From the NCBI GenBank assembly GCA_025924835.1, contig JAICHO010000004.1, positions 1 through 45,020 on the forward strand: 45,020 nt of DNA, read 5' to 3'. The position numbers were made by a program, and so were the translations under genes. This stretch comes from Candidatus Saccharimonadota bacterium (GTDB lineage: Bacteria > Patescibacteriota > Saccharimonadia > Saccharimonadales > JAICHO01). Of the stretch, positions 10,525 to 19,837 are shown piece by piece. Numbering within the stretch: the first letter of the stretch is position 1; every line of letters begins with the position of its first letter. The notes under the pieces were generated by a model. It ran no database searches and was not told the DNA's origin. It was given only the letters and a program-made list of their open reading frames with translations.

Positions 10525-10968
10525 ATGCACCGCCACGGTTACAAAGGACGTAAGTTCAATAGAGAAAGCGACCAGCGTACGGCACTTGTCAAAGGCCTGG
10601 CGGATTCATTGATCATGCACGAGTCTATTGAGACGACTCTGCCAAAAGCCAAAGAAATCGTACCGTATGTTGAGAAGCTTATTACCAAAGCCAAAAAAGG
10701 CGATTTACATAATCGGCGGCAGATTATAGGCAGCCTGCAAACCACCAGTAGCGCCCACAAATTGGTTGACGATATCGCCCCCAAGCTTGGCGGCCGAAGT
10801 AGCGGCCATTTACGGGTTGTGCGAACACGGATGCGCCGCGGCGATAATGCTCAGTTGGCACGAGTAAGCTTTGTAGATGATTTGCAGGAAGCCCCTGTCG
10901 CCAAAGCGGTAACAAAACAACCTTCTGCCAAAAAGCCACGTCAAGCGGCCAAGGAGGACAAGCAATGA
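10525..10968 (+). CDS. rplQ: 50S ribosomal protein L17
   Basis: MHRHGYKGRKFNR...IETTLPKAKE...RRGDNA; Lys/Ala-rich C-terminal tail. Confidence 0.98.
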   Translation: MHRHGYKGRKFNRESDQRTALVKGLADSLIMHESIETTLPKAKEIVPYVEKLITKAKKGDLHNRRQIIGSLQTTSSAHKLVDDIAPKLGGRSSGHLRVVRTRMRRGDNAQLARVSFVDDLQEAPVAKAVTKQPSAKKPRQAAKEDKQ

Positions 10969-11405
10969 AAACCTACAGTGCAAAACCATCTGATGTAACT
11001 AGGAAGTGGTATATTATTGACGCCAGCGAAGTACCTATGGGACGTCTGGCCACCCGGGCAGCGACGCTGCTTACCGGTAAGGGCAAGCCCCAGTTTACGC
11101 ATCACATTGATACCGGCGACTATGTAATAGTTGTTAACGCCGCATCACTTGTGGCTACTGGTAACAAACTGAATGATAAAGTTTATCAGCGCCACAGTGG
11201 TTATCCGAGCGGTCTGACGACTACAACGCTGAAGGATCAAATTGCCAAAGATCCAACTGCTCCAATTTTTAAGGCGGTTCGGGGGATGCTACCAGTTAAC
11301 AAACTGAGGGCCGAACGCCTCAAGCGTCTCAAAATTTACGCTGATGAGAATCATCAGCACGAAGCTCAAAAACCAGAACAATTATCTATGAAAGCAGGTA
11401 AATAA
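10965..11405 (+). CDS. rplM: 50S ribosomal protein L13
   Basis: RKWYIIDA...GRLA...DTGDYVIVVNA...VRGMLP. Confidence 0.99.
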   Translation: MKTYSAKPSDVTRKWYIIDASEVPMGRLATRAATLLTGKGKPQFTHHIDTGDYVIVVNAASLVATGNKLNDKVYQRHSGYPSGLTTTTLKDQIAKDPTAPIFKAVRGMLPVNKLRAERLKRLKIYADENHQHEAQKPEQLSMKAGK

Positions 11406-11809
11406 TGGCTGATAAATCCAAAAATTATTTTTATGCGTTAGGTCGGCGCAAAAGTTCTACTGCCCGTGTTCGGCTTATGAGCGGCAAAGGTCTAATTAGC
11501 GTAAACCATAAACCTGCTGCCGAGTATTTTGCTGATAGTAAGGCTATCTTGCACGAGCTAGAACGACCTTTGATCGCACTGGAAATAGAAAACAAGTACG
11601 ACGTAAGCGCAGTGGTATCAGGTGGTGGCCACAGTAGTCAATCTGATGCGATACGCCTAGGTATCGCTAAAGCGCTCGCTGTCATGAACGAAGACCTGAA
11701 GGCAACTTTACGCCGTGCCGATATGTTAGGCAGAGACCCCCGCGAAAAAGAACGCAAGAAGTTCGGCCTTAAAGGCGCCCGTAAACAACGTCAATTCACA
11801 AAACGATAG
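11405..11809 (+). CDS. rpsI: 30S ribosomal protein S9
   Basis: GRRKSSTARV...GGG...RDPREKERKKFGLKGARKQRQFTKR. Confidence 0.99.
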   Translation: MADKSKNYFYALGRRKSSTARVRLMSGKGLISVNHKPAAEYFADSKAILHELERPLIALEIENKYDVSAVVSGGGHSSQSDAIRLGIAKALAVMNEDLKATLRRADMLGRDPREKERKKFGLKGARKQRQFTKR

Positions 11810-11826
11810 ACCTCCGCTGACAACTG

Positions 11827-11835
11827 TGTTAATAT
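11827..11835 (+). promoter_or_regulatory. Putative extended -10 promoter (TG-T-TAATAT) for the aromatic leader
   Basis: TGnTAATAT ends 7 nt before the leader ATG at 11843, consistent with a leaderless start. No strong -35 element. Confidence 0.45.
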
Positions 11836-11842
11836 ATTTGCG

Positions 11843-11908
11843 ATGTCAACAGCTAACCCAGTCGCTTCAGTCTATTGGTTTACCGACTTTATTAAGGCGG
11901 TTAGCTAG
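11843..11908 (+). CDS. Aromatic amino acid attenuator leader peptide (21 aa)
   Basis: MSTANPVASVYWFTDFIKAVS*, with consecutive Tyr-Trp-Phe plus another Phe. Protector helix AGCTAACC 11851-58 : GGTTAGCT 11899-906. Antiterminator AGGCGGTT 11895-902 : AACCGCCT 11932-39. Confidence 0.88.
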   Translation: MSTANPVASVYWFTDFIKAVS

Positions 11909-11931
11909 TTAAAGTGTGAACAATTTTAATC

Positions 11932-11955
11932 AACCGCCTCACCGGGCGGTTTTTT
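11932..11955 (+). terminator. Intrinsic terminator of the aromatic attenuator
   Basis: AACCGCC-tcaccg-GGCGGTT followed by a T run; 35 nt upstream of the DAHP synthase ATG. Confidence 0.9.
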
Positions 11956-11990
11956 AATACCAACCTAATGTATAAAGAGTAAGCAACCAA

Positions 11991-13172
11991 ATGAAAACAT
12001 TACTTTCGGGCAGAATTGGTAGCGCAGAAGAAATAGTTAGTGCGTTACCTGAACCAGATTACGAGCATAATTTTCAACCTACATACTCAAACCGTGATTA
12101 TTTGGTACAGACTGTTGGTGAACTACTTGTCACCGGAGCGGTAACTACACCTGCTCAAATCAACGCGATCACTAAGGATTTGGCTCTTGCCAGTCAACGG
12201 GGGCATGAACGTCCTATAATGATTACGGACAGTTGCTCAGAAAGCGTAAGCTTAAGAGCTGATTTTAATGCTATGGTTGGTAATGTGATTATGTCAAGAA
12301 GCCTGGTTTTAGGTATCTATGGGAACGCAATCTATTTTGGACGAAACCGCGGACAAAACACCAAGCCTAGGTCAAGTCAATTTCAGGTCTTGTCAAATGG
12401 TGTTATCGTGCCTTCATATTACGGAGACGCGGTAAACGGCTATGACCCATCGGATCGAGAACCCGATCCTAGCCGCATGGTGGCAGCGGCATCTCAGGCC
12501 AACGCCATAGAAGCCCATACACAACGCAGGCTTGGTATCCATGTGCCCGCAGCTCATGAAGCCCTGCTCTTGCCTTACGAGTTTAGCTTTGTTAGCGCCC
12601 GTGGAGGCAAACGATACCTCTTGTCTGCTGATTTACCGTGGTTAGGTAAACGAACAAATGACCCGAAAGGCCCTCATGTGCAGTTCCTGGCAACGGTTGA
12701 AAATCCGATTGGCGCTAAGATAGGTGATAATTCTGACGCCAATCATATCTCGGAACTTGCGCGCATACTTAATCCTAATAGGAGACCTGGCAGATTGCTC
12801 TTTATGCTTCGGCTTGGGAACAACGTGAAGGCTATGGACGAAATAGTCAAAGGTATCAATAAATATGCACCAGATTCTGATATTTTATATGACATGCACG
12901 GTACCACCGACCAATTACCAGACGGTACGAAAATACGGGCTGTACCTACTATTGTTGACGACATAGTACTGCTCGCGACGGTGTGTGCAAAGTATGGTCG
13001 CGCTTTGAAAGGGCTGCATCTGGAAACCCATACTGATAATTCTAGGTATGAGTGTGTTGACGAGGTAGGGCAACGACCTGCCCACAAGAGCATAGTTGAC
13101 CCCGGGCTTAACCCTAATCAGACACGACGGGTGCTACATAAGACAGCTCATTTATTCGCAGGTACTAACTGA
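11991..13172 (+). CDS. Class II DAHP (3-deoxy-7-phosphoheptulonate) synthase, divergent and short
   Basis: Motifs in order: DSCSE (cf. GDCAE), GQNTKPRS, PSYYGDAVNG, PDPSRM, HEALLLPYE, WLGKRT, NPIGAKIG, DMHGTT, GLHLET..ECV, DPGLNPNQ. Confidence 0.85.
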   Translation: MKTLLSGRIGSAEEIVSALPEPDYEHNFQPTYSNRDYLVQTVGELLVTGAVTTPAQINAITKDLALASQRGHERPIMITDSCSESVSLRADFNAMVGNVIMSRSLVLGIYGNAIYFGRNRGQNTKPRSSQFQVLSNGVIVPSYYGDAVNGYDPSDREPDPSRMVAAASQANAIEAHTQRRLGIHVPAAHEALLLPYEFSFVSARGGKRYLLSADLPWLGKRTNDPKGPHVQFLATVENPIGAKIGDNSDANHISELARILNPNRRPGRLLFMLRLGNNVKAMDEIVKGINKYAPDSDILYDMHGTTDQLPDGTKIRAVPTIVDDIVLLATVCAKYGRALKGLHLETHTDNSRYECVDEVGQRPAHKSIVDPGLNPNQTRRVLHKTAHLFAGTN

Positions 13173-13918
13173 TGGAGTTAGGTAGTTTTGGAATAGTTGG
13201 CTACGGTGTATTCGGGGAATTACTAACAGAATTATTAGCGCCACATGCTAAGGTCGTAATAAGCAGTCGCAGGGAAATTCCGGCCTATGATCTGCCCGCT
13301 AATGTAATGGTCGGCTCATTGGCCGAAGCCGCTAAGTGCGATGTGCTTATTTTGTGCAATGAACTCGCTGCATTGGAGGCAGACTGCAAAAAACTGGCGA
13401 CGTTAGTAAAACCGGCCACAGTTGTTATGGATGTATGCTCAGTTAAACTGTTGCCGGCACAAATTATGCGCGATAACCTTAGCGACAAGTGCAGAATATT
13501 AGCAACACATCCATTATTTGGTCCGCAAAGCGTTCCAAAAGGTGACGGCCACGGCAAAAAAATAGTCTGGCATGAGGTATCTGGCGGACCGTTTCCTAAC
13601 CTGGAGGACTTTTTTGGCAAAACCTTGGGTCTCAAAATCATCAAAATGCTCCCCGAAGAGCATGATAAACAAATGGCGTGGGTGCACAGTTTAACTTTTT
13701 TTATAGGCCGCGGTCTTTTGGAACTGAATCCACCAGAGTCCGAGCTTTCAACCAACTACTACGAACGCTTACTTAGTGCTGTTGACGTGGAAAAACATCA
13801 TAGCTATGAATTGTTCAGATCTATTCAATTGGGCAATATTTATTCTGGTCAAGTACGAAAGGACTTACTCCGAATACTGCAGTCGCTTGACGAGCAACTG
13901 CTTGAGGATCATATATGA
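13172..13918 (+). CDS. tyrA: Prephenate/arogenate dehydrogenase
   Basis: Rossmann GIVGYGVFG, DVCSVK, HPLFGP, EEHDKQMAWVHSLT. Confidence 0.9.
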   Translation: MELGSFGIVGYGVFGELLTELLAPHAKVVISSRREIPAYDLPANVMVGSLAEAAKCDVLILCNELAALEADCKKLATLVKPATVVMDVCSVKLLPAQIMRDNLSDKCRILATHPLFGPQSVPKGDGHGKKIVWHEVSGGPFPNLEDFFGKTLGLKIIKMLPEEHDKQMAWVHSLTFFIGRGLLELNPPESELSTNYYERLLSAVDVEKHHSYELFRSIQLGNIYSGQVRKDLLRILQSLDEQLLEDHI

Positions 13919-14976
13919 GTCAGTTAACCGAGCTTGAATCGACGCGTGAGAAAATAAATGGCATTGATGACGCGATCTTAGCGCTGCTAAAATCCCGTGG
14001 TGAATTGGCACTCCATGTCAAAAAGCTCAAAGCTGATGGAGTTATCTATAAACCCGACCGCGAGGCAGAAATTATCCGCCGCGTACTTGATGCCAATAAC
14101 GGGCCATTATCCGATAAAGCCATAGTGTCAATCTACAGGGAAATTATTAGCTCCTGCCGTAATCTTCAGAAAACACTTATGGCTGCTTATCTGGGTCCAG
14201 AAGGCACCTATAGCCACGAAGCAGCCTTGAAGCTGTTTGGTAATACGGCAGAATTAATCCCCGAACTGTCATTGTCGGAAGTCGTACAAGCAGCCGAGAA
14301 AGGGACGGCAGATATGGCGTTATTGCCCGTAGAAAATTCTACAGAAGGTGCGGTCATCGAAACCCACCGGTTATTATTAAAAAGTGATCTGAAGATATGC
14401 GCTGAATTTATACTACCCGTCAATCACTGCCTGCTCACCACAGCTAAAAATTTGTCGGATATTAGGTTTGTACATGCTCATCCGCAAGCGCTCGGACAAT
14501 GCCGCGAATGGCTGCAGCTCCATGTGCCAACAGCAGAATTAATAAACGAGGCTAGCAATGGCCAGGCTGTATTACACATAAAGAAAAAGCCTTCTCGCGC
14601 GGCGATCGCCAGCTCGCAAGCATCGGTCATATTTGATGTGCCGGTCTTTATGTCGGGTATTAGTGACTCCGGCAACAATCAAACACGTTTTATTGTTCTG
14701 GGACAAAGCGCCACAGCGCCGACCGGCAGGGATAAAACCAGCATCATTTGCAGCGTTCGTGATAAAGTAGGCGCTTTGCACGAACTGTTGTCAATTTTAG
14801 CTAAAAATAAAGTGAACTTGGTACGGCTGGAATCACAGCCTCACGCTGACCATGAATATGTATTTTATATGGACATAGAAGGCCACCAGGGTACGGCTAC
14901 TATTGCCAAGGCGCTTGATGAGTTAAATGTGGCCGCCAAAACATGTAAAATATTAGGGTCATACCCCAAAGGTTAA
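13915..14976 (+). CDS. pheA: Bifunctional chorismate mutase / prephenate dehydratase (P-protein)
   Basis: AroQ-type N-terminus (REKINGIDDAILALLKSR..YKPDRE), YLGPEGTYS, PVENSTEG, HPQALGQC, NQTRF, C-terminal ACT domain, LGSYP. Confidence 0.95.
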   Translation: MSQLTELESTREKINGIDDAILALLKSRGELALHVKKLKADGVIYKPDREAEIIRRVLDANNGPLSDKAIVSIYREIISSCRNLQKTLMAAYLGPEGTYSHEAALKLFGNTAELIPELSLSEVVQAAEKGTADMALLPVENSTEGAVIETHRLLLKSDLKICAEFILPVNHCLLTTAKNLSDIRFVHAHPQALGQCREWLQLHVPTAELINEASNGQAVLHIKKKPSRAAIASSQASVIFDVPVFMSGISDSGNNQTRFIVLGQSATAPTGRDKTSIICSVRDKVGALHELLSILAKNKVNLVRLESQPHADHEYVFYMDIEGHQGTATIAKALDELNVAAKTCKILGSYPKG

Positions 14977-14978
14977 AT

Positions 14979-15884
14979 ATGCCTGCGTTTAAGCCATACC
15001 CTTTTGCTTTTATACAAAATACGGTGAAGCCTATAGAGGAAGCCACCATATCTATCATGACCAACGCTCTGCATTATGGCGGCGGAATATTTGGTGGGCT
15101 TAAAGCATACGATACGCCCAAAGGCATGGGCATATTCAGACTTGACGATCACCTAGCTCGCATGCAGACTAGCGCCAAGATCTTACGATTCCCTTATACT
15201 TTTAATAACAAAGTAGTTAGTCAACAAATTATCGATCTTGCCACCAAAAATAAACTTACCGGGAAAACCTATATACGGCCTATCCTGTATCGCAGCGACA
15301 CCCAGCTCTCACCCGATATTTCTGGTGAATACGACTTGGCAATTTATATGCTAGAAATGACCGCGGATTATCTGGCTACTAGTGATGGGCTTTCGGTTTG
15401 TGTTTCATCCTGGCAGCGCAATAGTGATAACGCCTTGCCGCCACGTACCAAAGCCACGGGCGGATACTTAAATTCTGCACTTGCAATCCATGATGCCAAA
15501 CAAGGCGGTTACGATTCTGCCATTATGCTAAATCATCGTGGCGAAGTAAGTGAAGGCGCTGTTATGAATTTGTTCCTGGTAAAAAATGGCATGTTGGTTA
15601 CACCATCAATGGAAGCGGATATTTTAGAAGGCATAACCCGGCGTACGATTATGGAACTAGCAGTTGAACTGGGTATTTCTGTGCAGGAGCGTCCTGTCAG
15701 CCGCAGCGAACTTTATAGCGCAGACGAACTTTTCTTTTGCGGTACAGCTGTTGAGATATCGTGGTGCAAATCAGTAGACAATGTAGAAATCAGTGCCCAC
15801 ACAGGTCACATTACAGCCAAATTAACACAGGCCTTCGCCTCACTGCCCAAAACGCACCCTCATCTCTACACTTTATTGGGATAG
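14979..15884 (+). CDS. ilvE: Class IV PLP aminotransferase (IlvE-like), probably serving the Phe/Tyr transamination step
   Basis: ALHYGGGIFGGLKAY, FRLDDHLAR, KATGGYLNS, EGAVMNLF, ILEGITR, DELFFCGTA. Confidence 0.9.
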   Translation: MPAFKPYPFAFIQNTVKPIEEATISIMTNALHYGGGIFGGLKAYDTPKGMGIFRLDDHLARMQTSAKILRFPYTFNNKVVSQQIIDLATKNKLTGKTYIRPILYRSDTQLSPDISGEYDLAIYMLEMTADYLATSDGLSVCVSSWQRNSDNALPPRTKATGGYLNSALAIHDAKQGGYDSAIMLNHRGEVSEGAVMNLFLVKNGMLVTPSMEADILEGITRRTIMELAVELGISVQERPVSRSELYSADELFFCGTAVEISWCKSVDNVEISAHTGHITAKLTQAFASLPKTHPHLYTLLG

Positions 15885-15950
15885 GCTAACGCGCTTAGCG
15901 ATAACTAGCCGTAACGTATATAATAGTCGTAACAATGGGAGTAAAACAGT

Positions 15951-16970
15951 ATGGCTAAACAGGTAATCCTCACCGGTCTCCGAGCTAATAATGGATTGCA
16001 TATCGGCAACTATTTGGGCGCATTACTACCTATGGTTGATATGGCAAATAAACACGCTGCCGAATATCAAATTAATCTGTTTGTGCCTGATTTGCATAGC
16101 TTTACAACTCCGATTGACCATATGCAGTTGTATGAGCAGACCATTAACAACTTAAAGATATTTGTTGCCGCCGGACTTGATTTAAATAATCCTAATATAC
16201 ATATTTACCGACAAAGTTTCATACCAGCCCATAGTGAGCTGACGTGGATTCTGGACTGTTTCACTGGATTTGGTGAAATGTCTCGTATGACCCAATTTAA
16301 AGATAAATCAGATAAACTATCCGAGGACAGAATAAGCGTCGGTCTTTTTAATTATCCGGTGCTTATGGCGGCTGATATTTTGCTGTATGGTGCCAGTTAT
16401 GTACCGGTCGGCGACGATCAGTCGCAGCATATTGAATTTACTCGTGATATTGCTGAGCGGATGAATGCCAAGTTTGGCGAGCTTTTTGTGGTTCCTAAGC
16501 CCGTCAAAGAACAACATGCTTTTTTTGGCAAAGACCAAGGCTTGCGTATCCGCGATCTGACCGACCCACATAAAAAAATGAGTAAAAGCGACGAAACGGG
16601 CAAAGGTGTCGTTTTTTTGGGTGACAGCGCTGATACAGCCAAACGAAAGATTATAGGCGCCGCAACCGACTCACTGAATGAAGTCCGGCACGATTATACA
16701 GCGCAACCCGGCGTAAGCAATCTGCTGGACATTCTGACTTTGCTTGGGGGTAATGCACAAGATTTTGTAGGGCAGAACCAATATGGCCCCCTAAAATCAG
16801 CTGTGGCTGAAAAAGTCGCGGTATTTTTGGATCAGTTTCAGGGGAGCCTAAAACATGTGGATACATCGGCATTGACGCACAAACTAGAGACCAGCGAAGT
16901 GGCCATGAACGCTCAAGCGAGTCAGACACTCTATAGGGTGCAAAAAGCTGTTGGATTGAGAGTTGCATAA
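15951..16970 (+). CDS. trpS: Tryptophan--tRNA ligase
   Basis: HIGN (LHIGNYLG), YPVLMAADIL, VPVGDDQSQH, KMSKS. Confidence 0.97.
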   Translation: MAKQVILTGLRANNGLHIGNYLGALLPMVDMANKHAAEYQINLFVPDLHSFTTPIDHMQLYEQTINNLKIFVAAGLDLNNPNIHIYRQSFIPAHSELTWILDCFTGFGEMSRMTQFKDKSDKLSEDRISVGLFNYPVLMAADILLYGASYVPVGDDQSQHIEFTRDIAERMNAKFGELFVVPKPVKEQHAFFGKDQGLRIRDLTDPHKKMSKSDETGKGVVFLGDSADTAKRKIIGAATDSLNEVRHDYTAQPGVSNLLDILTLLGGNAQDFVGQNQYGPLKSAVAEKVAVFLDQFQGSLKHVDTSALTHKLETSEVAMNAQASQTLYRVQKAVGLRVA

Positions 16971-16974
16971 CGGT

Positions 16975-17133
16975 ATGCCAGCAGAAAAGGCACCACATGG
17001 ACTGGAAAGATTAACAGGGGCATTTGCCAATATCGTCATAATGCTAGGCGCACTGGCTGCCGGGGCCTTCTTTTTTAAGAAATCTTTAGGCTCTAAGTCG
17101 CCAGAGAGAAAAAAGCATGCACAGCAGCGATAG
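16975..17133 (+). CDS. Putative 52-aa single-TM small protein (not in ORF track)
   Basis: MPAEKAPHGLERLTGAFANIVIMLGALAAGAFFFKKSLGSKSPERKKHAQQR*. Starts 4 nt after the trpS stop and overlaps the next start. TM helix plus basic tail. Confidence 0.6.
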   Translation: MPAEKAPHGLERLTGAFANIVIMLGALAAGAFFFKKSLGSKSPERKKHAQQR

Positions 17134-17998
17134 TCAGGTACCTGCAGACTATTCAAAAACCCAAAGACTGGACCAGTATGTACTTGCGAACTATCCGGAA
17201 CTTAGCAGGTCTTATGCTGTGCGGCTTATTGAAGAAGCCAAAGTGTTGGTTAATGGGACAAAAAGTAAACCCGGTTACAAGCTGAGGGCAACAGACAATG
17301 TCACTATTAATTACAATCCGGCCGAAGAAAGGCAAATCCCGAATATTGACTTGCCCGTTTTATATCAAGATGATAACGTGCTGGTGATTAACAAGCCAAT
17401 AGGTGTTATTAGCCATGCGAGAGGTAAATATTGGGATGAGCCCTCTGTGGCTTCATTTGTGCGCCAAATAACAGGACAGGCCGGCGATAGGGCGGGAATT
17501 GTACATAGACTGGACAGAGCAACGAGCGGCGTTATGATTTGCGCCAAAAATCAGCAGACATTGGCGCTGTTGCAACGGCAGTTTTCTGACAGAAAAGTTA
17601 AAAAAACCTATACAGCCATCGTAAGCGGCCACCTACAACCAGCGCAAGCTATAATTGATATGCCCATAGAACGTAACCCTAAAGCACCATCAACTTTCAA
17701 AGTCGGTAGTAATGGCAAATCAGCTCAAACGAAGTATACGGTAATTACGAGCAATGATATGTATGATCAGGTCACATTAGAACCAGCTACCGGCCGCACC
17801 CATCAGTTACGCGTCCATTTGAGTTACCAGGGCCATCCTATTGTCGGCGATTCATTGTATCAAGGACAAACTGCGGATAGGCTATATTTGCATGCCCACC
17901 AGTTGATTATTGCTATCCCCGAAATAGGCTTAAAGTCCTTTACCGCACCTTTACCTGCGGAATTTGACCGCTTAATGAAAGCCGGGAGAAATGACTGA
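17117..17998 (+). CDS. RluA/RluD-family pseudouridine synthase
   Basis: S4 domain (RLDQY), INKPIG, GIVHRLDRATSG, TGRTHQLRVHL, HPIVGD. Confidence 0.96.
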   Translation: MHSSDSQVPADYSKTQRLDQYVLANYPELSRSYAVRLIEEAKVLVNGTKSKPGYKLRATDNVTINYNPAEERQIPNIDLPVLYQDDNVLVINKPIGVISHARGKYWDEPSVASFVRQITGQAGDRAGIVHRLDRATSGVMICAKNQQTLALLQRQFSDRKVKKTYTAIVSGHLQPAQAIIDMPIERNPKAPSTFKVGSNGKSAQTKYTVITSNDMYDQVTLEPATGRTHQLRVHLSYQGHPIVGDSLYQGQTADRLYLHAHQLIIAIPEIGLKSFTAPLPAEFDRLMKAGRND

Positions 17999-18848
17999 TT
18001 TTTTAATTCACCCCGCCACCAAGATGCAGCTGCAAACCATGCTGGAAGCACTACCGCATGCGGTGCTGATGAGCGGAGAAGAAGGGGCTGGCAAAAAAGC
18101 ACTGGCCCTCTACAGCGCATGTCACATTCTGGGTATTCAAAATTTAGACAATTACCCTTATTTTTTTCAAATAACGCCCGAGAAACAGACGATAGGGATT
18201 GAGGCCATTCGTGCCTTACGATCCTTTTTAAACCGTAGAACAACAGGCTCAAGTACGATCCGACGAATAGTGTTAATAGGCGATGCCCAGACTATGACTA
18301 ATGAGGCACAAAACGCATTGTTAAAGTCGCTGGAAGAACCTCCTGATGATACGATTATCATGTTGACCGCGTCTGATATAAATCTTTTAAAGCCAACTAT
18401 CGTTTCCCGCGCACAACATATTAATGTGCGGCTTCTCAGCCTTGACTACGCCCTAGCAACTATAAAGGACCATGACGAAAAGGCAATTACAAGCGCCTAT
18501 TATATGAGCGGTGGCCGTATTGGATTACTTGTGGCATTGTTGGAGCAAAAGGCCGATCATCGCCTGGTTCAAGCCATTGAACAGGCAAAAACAATACTAC
18601 GATTAAACACGTACCAACGACTGCTGCTTATTGATGGTCTCAGTAAGCAAAAGGCTGACATTGAACATATGCTGGCAGGGTTGCAATGTGTGGTTACCAG
18701 CGGATTGGCCCAAGCAGCGCTGAAAAATAATAAAGAATTAACCAACAAATTTCATTTATTGAGTCGCCAGTTATCAGATAGCGGCAACAGCTTACGCAAA
18801 ATGGGCAATCCGAAACTAGTTTTGTCTGATCTGTTTTTACAGATGTAG
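17991..18848 (+). CDS. holB: DNA polymerase III delta' subunit
   Basis: LPHAVLMSGEEGAGK, IGIEAIR, AQNALLKSLEEPP, LKPTIVSRA. Confidence 0.88.
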   Translation: MTDFLIHPATKMQLQTMLEALPHAVLMSGEEGAGKKALALYSACHILGIQNLDNYPYFFQITPEKQTIGIEAIRALRSFLNRRTTGSSTIRRIVLIGDAQTMTNEAQNALLKSLEEPPDDTIIMLTASDINLLKPTIVSRAQHINVRLLSLDYALATIKDHDEKAITSAYYMSGGRIGLLVALLEQKADHRLVQAIEQAKTILRLNTYQRLLLIDGLSKQKADIEHMLAGLQCVVTSGLAQAALKNNKELTNKFHLLSRQLSDSGNSLRKMGNPKLVLSDLFLQM

Positions 18849-18865
18849 TATAATGAGGCGAGATC

Positions 18866-19519
18866 ATGTATGAATTAGCCTTATTGCTTGGGTTTGGGGT
18901 TCTGGCTTACCGCGGCAGCCGCTTACGCGAAGAGGAATTGTCGCCACTACCACGTAAAATCAGCGATAGAATGGGGCAGTTGTGGGATATTGCCCACCAG
19001 GGTATGCGCGAAAACCGTTTCTTGCGTGCAGAGAAGGCATTGCTTACCATTCTGAAGATTGACCAGAAAAACGCCGCGGCATATAACCGCCTAGGCATTT
19101 TGTATGCGAAGCAAAAAGAATATAAGGACGCTATAGACTGTTTTGAGATTGCCAGCAGTATTGAACCAACTGCGTCATCGTTGCATAACTTGGGGCTGAT
19201 TTATTACGAGACCGAGAGCTATATGAAGGCTTCGGCGGCATTTGAGCAAGCCTTGAAACTGGAAGATGAGTTGGCCGCCCGACATATCGCGTATGCTAAG
19301 GTGCAAGAAAAATTAGGGAACGATAAATTAATGATTCAAGAGCTTGAGCGCGCAAATGAGCTGGAACCAAACAAGGAAAGCTATACACTGCTTATGCACG
19401 CCTACAGGGCTCTTGGCATGGCGAGCGAGGCGGATCAGATAGAACGTAAGCTGCAACAGCTGATCATTCCCTCCGGAAAGCCCAAAAGGATAGCTCGCCC
19501 TAAGCGCGCCGTGCTTTAA
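18866..19519 (+). CDS. Membrane-anchored TPR repeat protein
   Basis: N-terminal hydrophobic anchor; TPR motifs AYNRLGILY, LHNLGLIYY. Confidence 0.85.
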   Translation: MYELALLLGFGVLAYRGSRLREEELSPLPRKISDRMGQLWDIAHQGMRENRFLRAEKALLTILKIDQKNAAAYNRLGILYAKQKEYKDAIDCFEIASSIEPTASSLHNLGLIYYETESYMKASAAFEQALKLEDELAARHIAYAKVQEKLGNDKLMIQELERANELEPNKESYTLLMHAYRALGMASEADQIERKLQQLIIPSGKPKRIARPKRAVL

Positions 19520-19580
19520 CTACTACATATCAGTGGTAAAGTTAAGGGGTTTTTGGTACACTTTAGAACTGTTGCGGTTT

Positions 19581-19655
<75 letters not shown>

Positions 19656-19667
19656 TATACCAACCAT

Positions 19668-19752
19668 GCAGGGATACTCAAGCGGTCAACGAGGGCTGAC
19701 TGTAAATCAGCTGGCTTCGCCTTCGGGGGTTCGAATCCCTCTCCCTGCACCA
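19668..19752 (+). tRNA. tRNA-Tyr(GTA)
   Basis: GCAGGGA/TCCCTGC acceptor stem, GCTGA-CTGTAAA-TCAGC, long variable arm, GTTCGAATC, CCA. Confidence 0.96.
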
Positions 19753-19754
19753 GC

Positions 19755-19830
19755 GCCGACGTAGCTCAGTGGCTAGAGCGGCTGTTTTGTAAACAGCGGG
19801 TCGTGGGTTCGAATCCCTCCGTCGGCTCCA
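19755..19830 (+). tRNA. tRNA-Thr(TGT)
   Basis: GCCGACG/CGTCGGC acceptor stem, TGT anticodon in CTGTT-TTGTAA-ACAG, GTTCGAATC, CCA. Confidence 0.96.
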
Positions 19831-19837
19831 TATAATT

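Noticed and set aside
15885-15950. T-box or attenuator upstream of trpS
   Set aside because: The spacer is only 66 nt with a TATAAT; no T-box motif or terminator.
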